Part shown: piece by piece, positions 18,940 to 31,300 of the stretch
Layout: each line of letters begins with the position of its first letter
How positions within the stretch are numbered: the first letter of the stretch is position 1
Notes under the pieces: generated by a model
Seen by the model: the letters and a program-made list of their open reading frames with translations, nothing else
What the model was told of the DNA's origin: nothing
Databases searched by the model: none
Position numbers and translations under genes: made by a program
Assembly: GCA_963751455.1 (NCBI GenBank)
Contig: CAVVUN010000015.1
Span: 960,001 to 1,024,000 of the forward strand
Source: Nitrospirota bacterium
GTDB lineage: Bacteria > Nitrospirota > UBA9217
Reading direction: 5' to 3'
DNA length: 64,000 nt

Positions 18940-19002
18940 TTGAACCAAACAGGTTTGAGATTTTGAGTATATTACCTTCACTTCCCGACAGGAGGGGATA
19001 GC

Positions 19003-20202
19003 ATGGCAAAGGCAAAATTTGAGAGGACAAAACCTCATGTGAACGTGGGCACGATCGGCCACGTGGACCACGGCAAAACGACGTTGACGGCAGCCATTAC
19101 GAAGGTGCTGTCGCTCAAGAACTTTGCGAGCTTCGTGGCCTACGACCAGATCGACAAGGCTCCGGAAGAACGGGAGCGCGGCATCACGATCGCGACTGCG
19201 CATGTTGAATACCAGACCGACAACCGCCATTACGCGCACGTCGACTGCCCCGGCCATGCCGACTACGTCAAGAACATGATCACGGGCGCCGCCCAGATGG
19301 ACGGAGCGATTCTCGTTGTGTCCGCCGCGGACGGCCCCATGCCCCAGACCCGCGAGCATATCCTTCTTGCGCGCCAGGTCGGTGTGCCCTATATCGTCGT
19401 GTACATGAACAAGGTGGACATGGTAGATGACCCTGAGCTGATCGAGCTGGTGGAGCTTGAGATCCGGGAGCTTCTGTCCAAGTACCAGTTCCCCGGGGAC
19501 AAGACCCCGATCGTCAAGGGCAGCGCGTTAAAGGCCCTCCAGAGCGACAGCAAGGACATAAACGCCCCCGAGTTCAAGAGCATCATGGAGCTTATGGCCG
19601 CTGTGGACAGCTACATTCCGCAGCCCAAGCGCGACATCGACAAGCCCTATCTTATGCCGCTCGAAGACGTGTTTTCCATTGCGGGCCGCGGAACCGTGGT
19701 GACCGGCAGGATCGAGCGCGGTATCGTGAAGGTAGGCGATGAAATCGAGATTGTCGGAATCAAGCCCACGCAGAAGACGGTGGTCACGGGCGTTGAGATG
19801 TTCCGGAAGCTTCTGGATGCGGGCGAAGCCGGAGACAACGTTGGAGTTCTTCTGCGCGGCATCAAGAAAGAGGACGTGGAGCGCGGCATGGTTTTGGCAA
19901 AGCCGGGAAGCATCACCCCTCATACCAAGTTCAAGGCCGAGGCCTACGTGCTTACGAAAGAAGAGGGCGGCCGGCACACTCCGTTCTTCAAAGGATACCG
20001 TCCCCAGTTCTATTTCCGTACGACGGACGTGACGGGCGTGGTAACGCTTGCTGAAGGCGTCGAGATGGTGATGCCGGGCGACAACATGACCTGCAGTGTG
20101 GAGTTGATCACCCCGATCGCCATGGACCAGGGGCTCCGGTTCGCCATCCGCGAGGGCGGCAGGACGGTGGGAGCAGGGGTTATTACGCAGGTTATTGAGT
20201 AA
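19003..20202 (+). CDS. tuf: Elongation factor Tu, copy 1
   Basis: [18 protein letters not shown]. Confidence 0.99.
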   Translation: MAKAKFERTKPHVNVGTIGHVDHGKTTLTAAITKVLSLKNFASFVAYDQIDKAPEERERGITIATAHVEYQTDNRHYAHVDCPGHADYVKNMITGAAQMDGAILVVSAADGPMPQTREHILLARQVGVPYIVVYMNKVDMVDDPELIELVELEIRELLSKYQFPGDKTPIVKGSALKALQSDSKDINAPEFKSIMELMAAVDSYIPQPKRDIDKPYLMPLEDVFSIAGRGTVVTGRIERGIVKVGDEIEIVGIKPTQKTVVTGVEMFRKLLDAGEAGDNVGVLLRGIKKEDVERGMVLAKPGSITPHTKFKAEAYVLTKEEGGRHTPFFKGYRPQFYFRTTDVTGVVTLAEGVEMVMPGDNMTCSVELITPIAMDQGLRFAIREGGRTVGAGVITQVIE

Positions 20203-20210
20203 GAACTAAA

Positions 20211-20296
20211 GACGAGGGATGAGGGACGAAGGACGAACTTGAAGTATGCGTCCATCGTCCGAGCGAACGCAATGAGCGGTCGTCTATCGTTCATCG
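20211..20296. repeat. GACGAGG-type heptamer palindrome (second copy 36960-37049)
   Basis: GACGAGG GATGAGG GACGAAG GACG ... CGTCCATCGTC[CGAGCGAACGCAATGAGCGG]TCGTCTATCGTTCATCG. Confidence 0.8.
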
Positions 20297-20325
20297 AGAA
20301 TTTAAATTAAAGAGGGGTTATTGAA

Positions 20326-20478
20326 ATGCGCGAAATTGTATTGCTCGCATGCGGTGACTGCAAGCGTAAAAATTATTCAACAACCAAGAACAAACGAAAC
20401 ACGCCCGATAAGCTGAATATGGACAAGTATTGCAAGTTCTGTCGCAAACATACCGTGCACAAAGAGACCAAAGCGTAA
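20326..20478 (+). CDS. rpmG: 50S ribosomal protein L33 (Zn-ribbon type); not in ORF track
   Basis: Translated by hand: [50 protein letters not shown]. Confidence 0.96.
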   Translation: MREIVLLACGDCKRKNYSTTKNKRNTPDKLNMDKYCKFCRKHTVHKETKA

Positions 20479-20514
20479 CCTGCAGCACACAGACGCATGG
20501 AAGGTAGGGGACAC

Positions 20515-20590
20515 AGGCCAGTAGCTCTAATGGTAGAGCTCCGGACTCCAAATCCGGCTGCTGGGGGTTCGAGTCCCTCCTGGCCTGCCA
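20515..20590 (+). tRNA. tRNA-Trp(CCA)
   Basis: CCGGA-CTCCAAA-TCCGG arm; CCA; usual position before secE. Confidence 0.95.
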
Positions 20591-20623
20591 TTTTCCCTCA
20601 TTGTGCGGAGAGAGGTTTTTCGA

Positions 20624-20809
20624 ATGTTCAAAAGGATCTCGGAGTTTTTCCAAGAAGTAAAGCTGGAACTCAAGAAGGTTGTGTTTCCGACGAAAAAGGA
20701 GGTTATAGGTTCTACCTGGGTAGTGATCATTACGGTGCTCATTTCCGCCTTTTTTCTGGGTTTGGTAGATATGGGGTTGGGAAAATTGATGACCCTTGCC
20801 TTTAAGTAG
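20624..20809 (+). CDS. secE: Preprotein translocase subunit SecE
   Basis: EVKLELKKVVFPTKKE plus one TM helix; synteny. Confidence 0.95.
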   Translation: MFKRISEFFQEVKLELKKVVFPTKKEVIGSTWVVIITVLISAFFLGLVDMGLGKLMTLAFK

Positions 20810-20817
20810 AGATTATT

Positions 20818-21363
20818 ATGGCGATGAACTGGTATGTGGTCCATACGTATGCGGGATTTGAGAACAAGGTAAAGATCAGCATTTTGGAGACTGTCTCCAA
20901 GCTGGGTCTGAAGGACAAAATCGGCCAGATCCTTGTTCCCACGGAAGAGGTTCTTTCCATCAAAGCGGGAAAAAAAAGGAAGTCACAGAGGAAATTTTTC
21001 CCGGGTTATATTCTCGTAGAGATGGAAATGGACGACAATACGTGGCATATTGTCAAAGATACTCCAAAAGTTACAGGTTTTGTCGGCGGAAGCACGAACC
21101 CGACGCCGTTGAGCGACGACGAAGTAAAAAATATCCTTAAACAGGCCGAGGAAGGCGCCGTAGCGCAGGTGCAGCCCAAACATGCCTATCAAAAGGGAGA
21201 CCGGGTCAGGGTAATCGATGGACCATTCAGCAGTTTTATCGGGACGGTAGAAGACGTAAACCCTGCGCACGGCAGGCTGCGGGTCATGGTCAGTATTTTC
21301 GGACGGTCTACCCCTGTAGAACTGGAGTTTCTGCAGGTTGAGCGGGAGAAGGAAACGAAGTAG
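20818..21363 (+). CDS. nusG: Transcription termination/antitermination factor NusG
   Basis: WYVVHTYAGFENKV, FFPGY, KOW motif. Confidence 0.98.
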   Translation: MAMNWYVVHTYAGFENKVKISILETVSKLGLKDKIGQILVPTEEVLSIKAGKKRKSQRKFFPGYILVEMEMDDNTWHIVKDTPKVTGFVGGSTNPTPLSDDEVKNILKQAEEGAVAQVQPKHAYQKGDRVRVIDGPFSSFIGTVEDVNPAHGRLRVMVSIFGRSTPVELEFLQVEREKETK

Positions 21364-21473
21364 CAATTCATAAAAGCATTGCCACGGAGCCGAGAGAGAT
21401 TTACTATAGAAGAAGTTGCGGCGCTGTGGCTGTAATCATATTTTCAAAACATAAATCAGTCAGGAGTTTATAG

Positions 21474-21899
21474 ATGGCAAAAGAGATTACGGCAAAAATC
21501 AAGCTACAGGTTCCTGCAGGAAAGGCCAACCCGGCACCGCCGGTCGGCCCTGCTCTCGGTCAACATGGCGTGAACATCATGGAGTTTTGCAAAACATTCA
21601 ATGCCAGGACCCAGAAACTGGGGGAGACGATCGTTCCGGTTATCATAACGGTTTATTCCGACCGGTCGTTTACCTTTATCACCAAGACGCCGCCCGCAGC
21701 GGAACTCCTCAAGAAGGCCGCAGGGATTATCAAGGGCTCCGGCGTACCGAACAAGGACAAGGTCGGGAAGGTTACCCGCGCGCAGATCAAGGAAATTGCA
21801 CAGACAAAGCTGCCGGACTTGAACGCCGCGAACGTCGAATCCGCCATGCGGATGATCGAAGGCTCTGCAAAGAGCATGGGGCTTGAGGTCGTAGACTAA
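21474..21899 (+). CDS. rplK: 50S ribosomal protein L11
   Basis: [17 protein letters not shown]. Confidence 0.98.
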   Translation: MAKEITAKIKLQVPAGKANPAPPVGPALGQHGVNIMEFCKTFNARTQKLGETIVPVIITVYSDRSFTFITKTPPAAELLKKAAGIIKGSGVPNKDKVGKVTRAQIKEIAQTKLPDLNAANVESAMRMIEGSAKSMGLEVVD

Positions 21900-21950
21900 G
21901 CAAATCCGAAAATCGAAGCACGAAATCCTAATTTAGATTTCAATTTGTTT
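21900..21950. repeat. AAATCCG-type heptamer palindrome
   Basis: CAAATCCGAAAATCGAAGCACGAAATCCTAA-TTTAGATTTCAATTTG just after the rplK stop. Confidence 0.7.
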
Positions 21951-21954
21951 TATA

Positions 21955-21993
21955 TGCGGGAGGTCACGCCTCGGCGTGACCGCCAATACCGCA
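21955..21993 (+). promoter_or_regulatory. Putative L1-binding mRNA operator upstream of rplA
   Basis: TGCGG-GA-GGTCACGCC-TC-GGCGTGACC-GCCAATA-CCGCA: stem with asymmetric GA internal loop next to the rplA RBS, as in L1-binding 23S mimics. Confidence 0.7.
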
Positions 21994-22003
21994 AGGAGGA
22001 AGC

Positions 22004-22706
22004 ATGTCAGGGAAAAAGTATAAAGCAGTTGCAGCACTGGTGGACAGGACCAAGTTCTACGACGTTCAGGAAGCCATAGCCCTCGCAAAGAAAACAGCAC
22101 GGACTAAATTCGACGAGACGGTGGATCTGGCTCTCAAACTAGGCGTGGATCCCGAAGCAGGCCGACCAGATGGTGCGCGGCACAGTGGTGCTTCCGCATG
22201 GCACCGGGAAAAAAGTCAAAATCCTGGTTTTTGCAAAAGGGGAAAAGGAAAAAGAGGCACGGGACGCGGGCGCTGATTACGTTGGCGCCGAAGATCTTGC
22301 CGATAAGATACAGAAAGAAGGATGGACCGACTTCGACACCGTTGTTGCGACTCCTGATATCATGGGTCTCGTCGGCAAACTCGGCAAGGTGCTTGGCCCC
22401 CGGGGGTTAATGCCCAATCCGAAAACAGGAACCGTTACGTTTGATGTCACAAAGGCCATCAGGGAAATCAGGGCAGGAAAGGTTGAATACCGGGTGGAGA
22501 AGGCAGGAATCGTCCATGTGCCGGTAGGCAAGGCCTCCTTCGACGAGAACAAACTCGTGGAAAACGCGAAATCCGTCCTTGAATCCATTTTAAAAGCAAA
22601 GCCCGCTTCCAGTAAAGGCAAGTATGTCAGAAGTGCAACCGTTTCCACCACAATGGGGCCGGGTATAAAAATGGACGTTGCCCTGATTGAAAAAGAGGCA
22701 GGATAA
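22004..22706 (+). CDS. rplA: 50S ribosomal protein L1, split by one extra C at 22151-22153
   Basis: Removing one C gives [14 protein letters not shown] and a 233-aa L1 with [10 protein letters not shown]. Confidence 0.93.
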
Positions 22707-22714
22707 TCCAGGAC

Positions 22715-22778
22715 AAAACCAAATTTGAAGTTCCGAAACCGTAAACGTTCGGATTTCGGATTTAGAAATTAGTATTTG
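22715..22778. repeat. AAATCCG-type heptamer palindrome
   Basis: CAAATTTGAAGTTCCGAAACCGTAAAC-GTTCGGATTTCGGATTTAGAAATTAGTATTTG. Confidence 0.7.
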
Positions 22779-22810
22779 CAGTAACAAAAGGTCGGCACCC
22801 ATGAGGGTGA

Positions 22811-22895
22811 GCGGTCCGAGACAGCGGGCACTGGTTGAGAAAGCGGTATTCTCTTCCGGTTTAAATCGTAAAAGAGCCTGCCGAGACCCCGGGTC
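22811..22895 (+). promoter_or_regulatory. L10 leader (L10-L12 autoregulatory RNA)
   Basis: CCGAGACAGCGGGC...TTTAAAT...GCCTGCCGAGAC fits the AGACAG..GG / UUAA / CC..CCGAG pattern upstream of rplJ. Confidence 0.8.
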
Positions 22896-22981
22896 AGAGA
22901 AAGATAAGAGTGCGGTTCGCTGCTTTCTTTCGAGATTCCCGGGATGGTCATCGGGAACTCTTGGAAGAAAGGAGGATAGCG

Positions 22982-23494
22982 TTGAATAAAGAAGAAAAAA
23001 AAGCTGCCATTGAAGAGCTTCGCGAAAAGTTCAGTCGCGCAAAGACTGCGGTGATTACCGGCTACACAGGGATCAACGTGGAGCAGATAACAGAGCTTAG
23101 ATCCAAGCTGCGAACGGCAAAGGTCGAGTACCGGGTAGTAAAAAACACCCTCGCCCGCAAGGCGGCCGAAGGGACGGGCCTCGAGCCGCTCAAGGATTAT
23201 TTCATCGGTCCCGTCGGGCTCGCGCTGGGATATGATGATGTGGTTGCGCCGGCCAAGGTGCTCTCCGATTTCAGCAAGATCCAGGCCAAACTCGAACTCA
23301 AGGTCGGCGTGCTCGACGGCAGGTTGCTGAAGCAGGCTGACATCAAAGCGCTGGCAAGTTTGCCGTCGCTCAACGCGCTTCGCGGGAAGATCGTCGGACT
23401 TTTGCAGGCGCCGGCATCAAGAATCGTCGGCGTACTCGCGGCACCGGGCGGTCAAATAGCCAGGGTCATGAAGGCAAAGGCAGACAAGGGATAG
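22982..23494 (+). CDS. rplJ: 50S ribosomal protein L10
   Basis: VVKNTLAR; TTG start after AAGGAGG. Confidence 0.95.
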   Translation: MNKEEKKAAIEELREKFSRAKTAVITGYTGINVEQITELRSKLRTAKVEYRVVKNTLARKAAEGTGLEPLKDYFIGPVGLALGYDDVVAPAKVLSDFSKIQAKLELKVGVLDGRLLKQADIKALASLPSLNALRGKIVGLLQAPASRIVGVLAAPGGQIARVMKAKADKG

Positions 23495-23497
23495 GGC

Positions 23498-23617
23498 AAG
23501 CTCGAAATACGAAGCACCAAATTCTAAATAAGTTCAAAATTCAAAGTAAGAAACATACACTTTGAACATTTTAACTTCAATATTGTTTAGGATTTCGAAT
23601 TTAGGATTTAGAATTTC
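23498..23617. repeat. AAATCCG/AAATTCT-type heptamer palindrome
   Basis: AAGCTCGAAATACGAAGCACCAAATTCTAAAT...TCAAAGT / ACTTTGA...GTTTAGGATTTCGAATTTAGGATTTAGAATTT. Confidence 0.8.
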
Positions 23618-23653
23618 ACTCAAAAGTTTATAAATTCCTCGGAGGACATAATA

Positions 23654-24025
23654 ATGGCGGATTTAGCAAAGATCGTTGATGAATTGAGCGGTTTGACCGT
23701 TCTTGAAGCGGCAGAGCTGAGCAAGATGCTCGAAGAGAAGTGGGGCGTATCGGCCGCAGCCCCGGTTGCCGCTGCAGCAGCCGCAGGAGCAGCAGCACCG
23801 GCAGCGGAAGAAAAAACCGCTTTCGATGTGGTCCTGGCAGCCGCCGGTGCCCAGAAGATCAACGTGATCAAAGTAGTGCGCGAACTTACGGGCCTCGGCC
23901 TGAAGGAAGCGAAAGATCTGGTGGAAGGCGCTCCCAAGCCGGTGAAAACCGGAGTCACAAAAGAAGAGGCCGAGACCATGAAGAAAAAACTTACCGACGC
24001 AGGCGCAACTGTCGAGGTAAAGTAA
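23654..24025 (+). CDS. rplL: 50S ribosomal protein L7/L12
   Basis: Ala-rich hinge, [24 protein letters not shown]. Confidence 0.98.
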   Translation: MADLAKIVDELSGLTVLEAAELSKMLEEKWGVSAAAPVAAAAAAGAAAPAAEEKTAFDVVLAAAGAQKINVIKVVRELTGLGLKEAKDLVEGAPKPVKTGVTKEEAETMKKKLTDAGATVEVK

Positions 24026-24048
24026 TACGTACATCAAGATGATTAAGC

Positions 24049-24093
24049 AAGTCCTTGCCCTCCGGCGGCAGTCCGGAGGGCAGAGGACTTTTT
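24049..24093 (+). terminator. Intrinsic terminator/attenuator between rplL and rpoB
   Basis: AAGTCCT-TGCCCTCCGG ... CCGGAGGGCA-G-AGGACTT-TTT. Confidence 0.75.
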
Positions 24094-24203
24094 GCGTTTA
24101 TGGATGGTGCGGATTAATACGATGATATATATATTTTCAGCAATTATTCCTAAACAAAGCGTATTGATACCAGCCGGTCATTTTGCAGTAAAGGGGTGTA
24201 ACC

Positions 24204-27200
24204 ATGTCTAAGGAAAAAAGAGAACTTACTCGTACACGCAGAGATTTTTCGAGGATTCCAACAATTCTGGAGATTCCTGATCTTATTGAAATTCAGAAAC
24301 GGTCGTATGATTCGTTTCTTCAGAGGGATATCGCGTCCGATAAACGGAGGGATACCGGCCTGCAGGCCGCCTTCAAGAGCGTCTTCCCGATATACGACTT
24401 TAATGAAACAGCAATGGTTGATTACCTCGGGTTCTCGCTGGGCGACCCGAAGTACAGTTTGTGGGAGTGTTTGCAGCGCGGCGCGACGTATGCTGCTCCG
24501 CTCAAAATCAAGACGCGCCTGGTATTCTTTGAAAAAGACGAACAGACTGCTACGAAGCGTGTAAAGGATATCAAAGAACAGGAGGTGTATGTCGGCGACC
24601 TCCCTCTTATGACCGAAACCGGCACATTCATCGTGAACGGCACGGAGCGCGTCGTTGTAAGCCAGTTGCATCGTTCTCCCGGCGCATTCTTTACGCACGA
24701 CAAAGGCAGGACCCACGCGAGCGGGAAAATCCTGTATTCAGCCAGAATCATACCCTATCGCGGGTCCTGGCTCGACTTCGAGTTCGATGTCAAGGATATC
24801 GTTTATGTAAGAATCGACCGGCGAAGGAAGATCCCGGCAACGATCCTTCTGAAGTCCTTCGGCTATTCCAACGAAGACCTGCTGCGGATGTATTATCCGA
24901 TCGAAAACATCAGGATCAAGAAGGACGGCTTTACACGGGGCATTCACGCCGAAGTTCTTGCAGGCCAGAAGGCGCCTGTTACGATCACCGATAAAGCCAC
25001 GCGCGAACTGATCGTCAAAGAGGGGGCAAAGATCACCCGCGTCGCAATTAAAAAGATGGAAGCTGCGGGAATCAGCGAGATCCCTATCGCCCGCGAGGAA
25101 CTTATCGATCGAGTAGTTCTCCGCGATATCATCGATCCGGAAACCGGCGAAGTGCTGCTTCCTGCGAATGAAAAGATTACCGACGCTTTCCTGACAAAAA
25201 TTACCGGAACCAAGGTGGAGAAGATGGAAGTCATCTACATGGATGGCATCCATGTGATTTCCGCGCTTCGCGATACGCTGCTTTCAGACAAGGTACAGAG
25301 CTCGGACGAAGCGCTCCTTGAAATTTATCGCAAGATGCGGCCGGGAGAGCCCCCGACGGTCGAGATGGCGAGAAACCTTTTCTCCGGAATGTTCTTCAAT
25401 TCCAAACGTTATGACCTTTCCTCAGTTGGCAGACTGAAGCTGAACAAGAAGTTAAAACTCGACATTCCTATCGATAAAACGACATTGACGGCCCAGGACG
25501 TGGTGGAAGTAATCCGCTATCTGGTCAATCTTCGCACAGGCAAAGGCGAAGTGGACGATATCGATCATCTCGGCAACCGCAGGGTGAGATCGGTCGGAGA
25601 GCTTCTTGAAAACCAGATCCGCATCGGCCTCGCCAGGATGGAACGCGCAATCAAGGAGCGGATGAGCCTGCAGGATGTGGACCAGCTCATGCCGCACGAC
25701 ATCATCAACCCGAAGCCGGTCATCGCGGCGATCAAGGAATTTTTCGGATCGAGCCAGCTTTCGCAGTTCATGGACCAGACAAACCCGCTGGCGGAGATTA
25801 CGCACAAACGAAGGCTTTCCGCCCTCGGTCCGGGCGGTCTTACCCGTGAACGGGCAGGGTTCGAAGTGCGCGACGTGCATACCACGCATTACGGAAGGAT
25901 TTGCCCGATCGAGACGCCGGAAGGTCCGAACATCGGTCTCATCGTCTCGCTTGCAACGTATGCCCGCGTGAACGACTACGGCTTCATCGAGGCGCCGTAC
26001 CGGCAGGTTAAGGGGGCGAAGGTAAGCGACGATATCGAGTATCTATCCGCGGTGGACGGCGAAAATTACGTCATTGCGCAGGCGAATACTCCGGTTGACG
26101 GACGGGGTAAGATCGCGGTGGACAGCGTGTCTGCGCGCGTTGCCGGTGAATTCAAACTGGTGAGCGCGGAGGAAGTTCAGTACATGGACGTATCTCCGAA
26201 GCAGATTGTGTCCGTATCGGCCGCTCTTATTCCGTTCCTTGAAAATGACGACGCGAACCGCGCGCTCATGGGCTCGAACATGCAGCGCCAGGCAGTGCCG
26301 CTGCTGAGGCCGCAGGCGCCTGTTGTAGGCACCGGCATGGAGCGCGTTGCCGCTAGAGACTCAGGGGCTATCGTATCGGTCAAGCGTGACGGCATCGTTG
26401 AAGGCGTCGATTCCACGCGCATCGTCATAAAAGGCGAGGATGCCAAGGGTAGAACGGTTGTGGATACATATCCCCTTACCAAGTTTTACCGCTCGAACCA
26501 GAATACCTGCATGAATCAGAAACCGATCGTACGGGCAGGCGACAAGGTAAAAAAAGGCCAGGTGATCGCCGATGGTCCCGCGACCGATCTCGGGGAACTG
26601 GCGCTCGGTCAGAACGTTCTCGTGGCATTCATGCCCTGGAGCGGCTACAACTATGAAGACGCGATCATCATAAGCGAGAAACTCGTGAAGGAGGACCGTT
26701 ATACCTCCATCCATATCGAGGAGTTCGAGATCGAAGCCCGGGACACCAAACTCGGCAAGGAAGAGATAACGCGCGACATCCCGAACCTCGGCGAAGAGAC
26801 GCTCAGAAACCTCGACGAGAACGGCATCATCCGCATCGGCGCCGAAGTAATGCCGGGCGATATTCTGATCGGCAAAGTAACACCCAAAGGCGAGACGCAG
26901 CTGACGCCCGAGGAAAAACTTCTTCGCGCAATCTTCGGAGAGAAGGCGGGCGACGTGCGCGATGCCTCTCTCTACGCGCCTCCGGGCATTGAAGGCACGG
27001 TCATCGACGTCAAGGTGTTCTCGCGCAAGGGCGAAGACAAGAATGAACGCCTCAAGACGCAGGAGAGCGAAGAGATCGCGCGGCTGCAGAAGGAATACCA
27101 GGAAGAGGTCAAAGCCGAGAAAGAAGACCGGTATAAACGCATCAGGCGCATCCTGATCGGCAAAACTGCCGCCGATAAGATTGTGAATGCCAAGACCGGC

Positions 27201-28196
27201 AAGACTGAACTAGCCAAGGGTAAAAAAATAACAGCAGAGATTCTCGATAAACTTTCGGAAAAGGATTACGCCAAGATCAAGGTGGAGTCTGACGAATATC
27301 CCGCGAAACTGCAGGAGATCCTGGACAGCTCCGAGAACCAGCTCGGCATTCTCGAGGCAATTTACGACGAAAAGATAGGAAGGCTGAAACGGGGCGACGA
27401 TCTGCCCCCGGGCGTCGTCAAGCTGGTCAAAGCCTATGTCGCGATGAAGCGAAAGCTTTCGGTCGGCGATAAGATGGCAGGACGGCACGGGAACAAGGGC
27501 GTGGTATCCCGGATCGTGCCCGAGGAGGACATGCCGTATCTTCCCGACGGAACGCCCGTCGAGATCGTGCTGAATCCCCTCGGTGTTCCTTCTCGTATGA
27601 ACGTCGGACAGATCCTTGAAACGCATCTCGGCTGGGCGGCCAAGGCACTCGGGCTCCATGTCGCCACACCGGTGTTTGACGGCGCTTCGGAAGACCGGAT
27701 ACGGTCGCTGCTCAAGGAAGCGAAATTGCCGCTCACGGGACAGTCGATTCTGTTCGACGGCCGTACCGGCGATCCGTTTGATAAACCGATAACCGTCGGT
27801 TACATGTATATGCTGAAGCTGCACCATCTTGTCGACGACAAACTGCATGCACGGTCCATCGGGCCCTATTCGCTCGTCACCCAGCAGCCGCTCGGCGGAA
27901 AGGCCCAGTTCGGCGGGCAGCGTCTTGGAGAAATGGAAGTGTGGGCGCTCCAGGCGTATGGCGCGGCTTACTGTCTGCAGGAGTTCCTTACGGTCAAGTC
28001 GGATGACGTATCCGGAAGGGCAAAGATCTACGAGGCGATCGTAAAGGGCGAGAATACCCTCGAGCCCGGGCTGCCGGAGTCTTTCTACGTGCTCATCAAG
28101 GAGCTCCAGAGCCTTTGCCTCGATGTGGAACTGATCGAGCGAAAGAACGAGAAAGAACGGGTAATCGGACTGGAGAAAATTTCGTCGGCAAGGTAA
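24204..28196 (+). CDS. rpoB: RNA polymerase beta subunit
   Basis: [33 protein letters not shown]. Confidence 0.99.
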   Translation: MSKEKRELTRTRRDFSRIPTILEIPDLIEIQKRSYDSFLQRDIASDKRRDTGLQAAFKSVFPIYDFNETAMVDYLGFSLGDPKYSLWECLQRGATYAAPLKIKTRLVFFEKDEQTATKRVKDIKEQEVYVGDLPLMTETGTFIVNGTERVVVSQLHRSPGAFFTHDKGRTHASGKILYSARIIPYRGSWLDFEFDVKDIVYVRIDRRRKIPATILLKSFGYSNEDLLRMYYPIENIRIKKDGFTRGIHAEVLAGQKAPVTITDKATRELIVKEGAKITRVAIKKMEAAGISEIPIAREELIDRVVLRDIIDPETGEVLLPANEKITDAFLTKITGTKVEKMEVIYMDGIHVISALRDTLLSDKVQSSDEALLEIYRKMRPGEPPTVEMARNLFSGMFFNSKRYDLSSVGRLKLNKKLKLDIPIDKTTLTAQDVVEVIRYLVNLRTGKGEVDDIDHLGNRRVRSVGELLENQIRIGLARMERAIKERMSLQDVDQLMPHDIINPKPVIAAIKEFFGSSQLSQFMDQTNPLAEITHKRRLSALGPGGLTRERAGFEVRDVHTTHYGRICPIETPEGPNIGLIVSLATYARVNDYGFIEAPYRQVKGAKVSDDIEYLSAVDGENYVIAQANTPVDGRGKIAVDSVSARVAGEFKLVSAEEVQYMDVSPKQIVSVSAALIPFLENDDANRALMGSNMQRQAVPLLRPQAPVVGTGMERVAARDSGAIVSVKRDGIVEGVDSTRIVIKGEDAKGRTVVDTYPLTKFYRSNQNTCMNQKPIVRAGDKVKKGQVIADGPATDLGELALGQNVLVAFMPWSGYNYEDAIIISEKLVKEDRYTSIHIEEFEIEARDTKLGKEEITRDIPNLGEETLRNLDENGIIRIGAEVMPGDILIGKVTPKGETQLTPEEKLLRAIFGEKAGDVRDASLYAPPGIEGTVIDVKVFSRKGEDKNERLKTQESEEIARLQKEYQEEVKAEKEDRYKRIRRILIGKTAADKIVNAKTGKTELAKGKKITAEILDKLSEKDYAKIKVESDEYPAKLQEILDSSENQLGILEAIYDEKIGRLKRGDDLPPGVVKLVKAYVAMKRKLSVGDKMAGRHGNKGVVSRIVPEEDMPYLPDGTPVEIVLNPLGVPSRMNVGQILETHLGWAAKALGLHVATPVFDGASEDRIRSLLKEAKLPLTGQSILFDGRTGDPFDKPITVGYMYMLKLHHLVDDKLHARSIGPYSLVTQQPLGGKAQFGGQRLGEMEVWALQAYGAAYCLQEFLTVKSDDVSGRAKIYEAIVKGENTLEPGLPESFYVLIKELQSLCLDVELIERKNEKERVIGLEKISSAR

Positions 28197-28198
28197 GA

Positions 28199-28304
28199 AA
28201 GACAAATTCCAAATAGCAGACACCAGAACCAAATGCCAAACGTTTGAAATTTAAAATAGCTAGAATTATTTGGGATTTGTATTTTAAGATTTGGGATTTG
28301 TCTT
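28199..28304. repeat. AAATTCC-type heptamer palindrome between rpoB and rpoC
   Basis: AAGACAAATTCCAAAT ... ATTTGGGATTTGTCTT closing stem runs from the rpoB stop to the rpoC RBS. Confidence 0.8.
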
Positions 28305-28319
28305 AACAGGAGGTTCAAA

Positions 28320-31300
28320 GTGGAAGACAAACGGATGACAGAAAGTAAGGCCAGAGCAGATGTCATGAGCTTGTTCGAAAAGCCGAAAGACATCAGTTTT
28401 GACGCAATGCGTATAAAAATAGCCTCTCCGGAGCGGATCAAGGAATGGTCTTTCGGCGAGGTGAAGAAGCCGGAGACCATTAATTACCGCTCATTCAAGC
28501 CCGAGCGTGACGGCCTCTTCTGTGCGAAGATATTCGGTCCTATCAAGGACTGGGAATGCCTGTGCGGCAAGTATAAGCGGATGAAACATCGCGGGATCGT
28601 ATGCGACAAGTGCGGTGTCGAAGTGATCCAGTCCAAGGTGCGCCGGGAGCGCATGGGCCACATCGAGCTCTCGTCTCCGGTTGCCCATATCTGGTTCCTC
28701 AAGGGACTCCCGAGCCGTATCGGAACGCTTCTCGACATGACGCTCAGGCAGTTGGAGAAAGTCCTTTATTTCGAGAACTATGTCGTGGTGGACGGGGCCG
28801 ATACGCCGCTCAAGAATAAAGAACTGCTGACCGAAGAAAAATTCCGCAAGGCGCAGCTGGAGTACGGCGTGTCCTCGTTCAAGGCCGGCATGGGCGCAGA
28901 GGCGATCCGGGAAATGCTGAATGCCATCGATCTCGAGGTCGAGTCCGAGGACATCCGCAAGAAGATCGAGACCGCAACATCCATGGCGACCAAGAAAAAG
29001 CTGACGAAGCGGCTCAAGGTGATCGAAGCTTTCCGCAAGTCGGGCAATAAGCCGGCTTGGATGATCCTCGACGTGATCCCGGTGATTCCGCCGGAATTGA
29101 GGCCCCTGGTTCCCCTCGAAGGCGGCCGGTTCGCCACATCCGATTTGAACGACCTCTATCGGAGAGTGATCAACCGCAATAATCGGCTGAGGCGGCTTGA
29201 AGAGCTGAAAGCGCCTTCGGTCATCATCCGGAACGAAAAACGGATGCTCCAGGAGGCGGTGGACGCCCTCTTTGACAACGGCAGGCGAGGCAGAGTGCTG
29301 CGCGGCCCGAACAAACGGCCGCTCAAGTCCCTCTCGGATATGCTTAAGGGAAAACAGGGACGGTTCCGCCAGAACCTGCTCGGGAAGCGTGTAGACTACT
29401 CAGGCCGTTCGGTGATCGTGGTTGGTCCGGACCTCAAGCTTCATCAGTGCGGTTTGCCGAAAAAGATGGCGCTTGAACTGTTCAAGCCCTTCATTTTCAA
29501 CAAGCTTGAGGAAAAGGGATATGCGACGACCATCAAGAGCGCCAAGAAGATGATTGAACGCGAGCGGCCCGAGGTGTGGGATGTGCTGGAAGAGGTGATC
29601 CAGGAGCACCCGGTGCTTCTGAACCGCGCTCCAACCCTGCACCGTCTCGGCATTCAGGCCTTCGACCCCGTGCTCGTGGAAGGCAAAGCCATCCGCCTGC
29701 ATCCCCTGGTCTGCGCGGCATTCAACGCGGACTTCGACGGCGACCAGATGGCGGTCCATATACCGCTCTCGGTCGAGGCACAACTCGAGGCGCGCGTGCT
29801 CATGCTCTCCATCAACAACGTGCTGTCTCCGGCGAACGGAAGGCCGATCACGGTTCCTTCGCAGGACATCGTGCTCGGCTGCTATTACCTTACGAAGGCG
29901 CGCTCCGGCGCGCGCGGTGAGGGCAAGATATTCTCGGGCCGGGATGAAGTACGCATTGCGTACGACCAGCGCATGGTGGATATCCACGCCCGTGTTCGGG
30001 TGCGTATGAACGGCAAGATCGAAGAAACAACCGTCGGAAGGGTCCTTTTCAGCGATATCCTGCCTGAAAGCATCCCGTTTTCGTCAGTCAACAGAGACAT
30101 GAACAAAAAGGAACTCGCGAAACTGATCGACGAGTGCTACCGGAAGCTCGGGTTGCGAAGGACGGTCGTTCTCATAGATGATCTGAAAGAAGTCGGCTTC
30201 AAGTACGCTATGCGCGCCGGCATCTCGATCTGCATTTCAGACATGCATATTCCGAGCAAGAAGCAGAAATTCATCGACCAGGCTCAAAAAGAGGTCATGG
30301 AGATCCATCATCAGTACACGGAGGGCCTCATCACGAACGGCGAGCGCTACAACAAGGAAATCGACATCTGGGCGAACGTGACCGAGAAAATCGCAGACGA
30401 AATGATGGCCGAACTCGGTATGGAGGCGGTGGAGATCGGGAGCGCGAAGAAGTCGGAGCTCCAGGAAGCCCGTTCGTTCAACAACATCTTCATGATGGCC
30501 GACTCCGGGGCGCGCGGCAGCACTCAGCAAATCAGGCAGCTTGCGGGCATGCGCGGCCTTATGGCCAAGCCTTCGGGTGAAATCATCGAAACGCCGATTA
30601 CTGCGAACTTCCGGGAAGGTCTCACCGTGCTGCAGTACTTCATTTCGACGCATGGCGCGCGCAAGGGTCTCGCGGATACGGCACTCAAGACTGCCAATTC
30701 CGGGTACCTGACGAGAAGGCTCGTGGACGTGTCCCAGGACGTAATCATCACCCAGGACGACTGCGGAACCACCGACGGAATCATCGTCGGATCTCTTGTA
30801 GAAGGCGGCGAAATCATCGAGCCGTTGTCCGAGCGTATTCTGGGCCGCGTAGCAGCCGAGGACATCAAGGACCCGATCACCAAGGACGTGATTATCGGCA
30901 CTCGCAGGGAAATCAATGAAGAGCTGGTCAAGCGGGTCGAGGAATCCGGAATAGACCGGATCAAGATACGTTCGGTTCTTACCTGTCAGTCCCTGAGGGG
31001 AGTATGCCGGATGTGTTACGGCCGCGATCTCGGCCGCGGCAAGCTCGTGGACATCGGCGAGGCAATCGGCATTGTTGCGGCCCAGTCGATCGGCGAGCCG
31101 GGAACACAGCTCACGATGAGAACATTCCATATCGGCGGCACGGCAAGTAAAGTCGTTGAACAGACCGTGCTCGAGGCGAAAAACGCGGGCGCCGTCAAGT
31201 ACCTGAATCTGAATACAGTGAAGAACAAAGACGGCGACTTCGTGGTCATGTCGCGCAGTGGAAACATTGCGATCTACGATGAGACAGGACGTGAAAAGGA

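Noticed and set aside
4700-31130. Long antisense ORFs (4700-5905, 8561-9610, 16180-17223, 27210-28232, 30237-31130)
   Set aside because: Shadow frames opposite well-supported genes, expected from codon bias; no motifs
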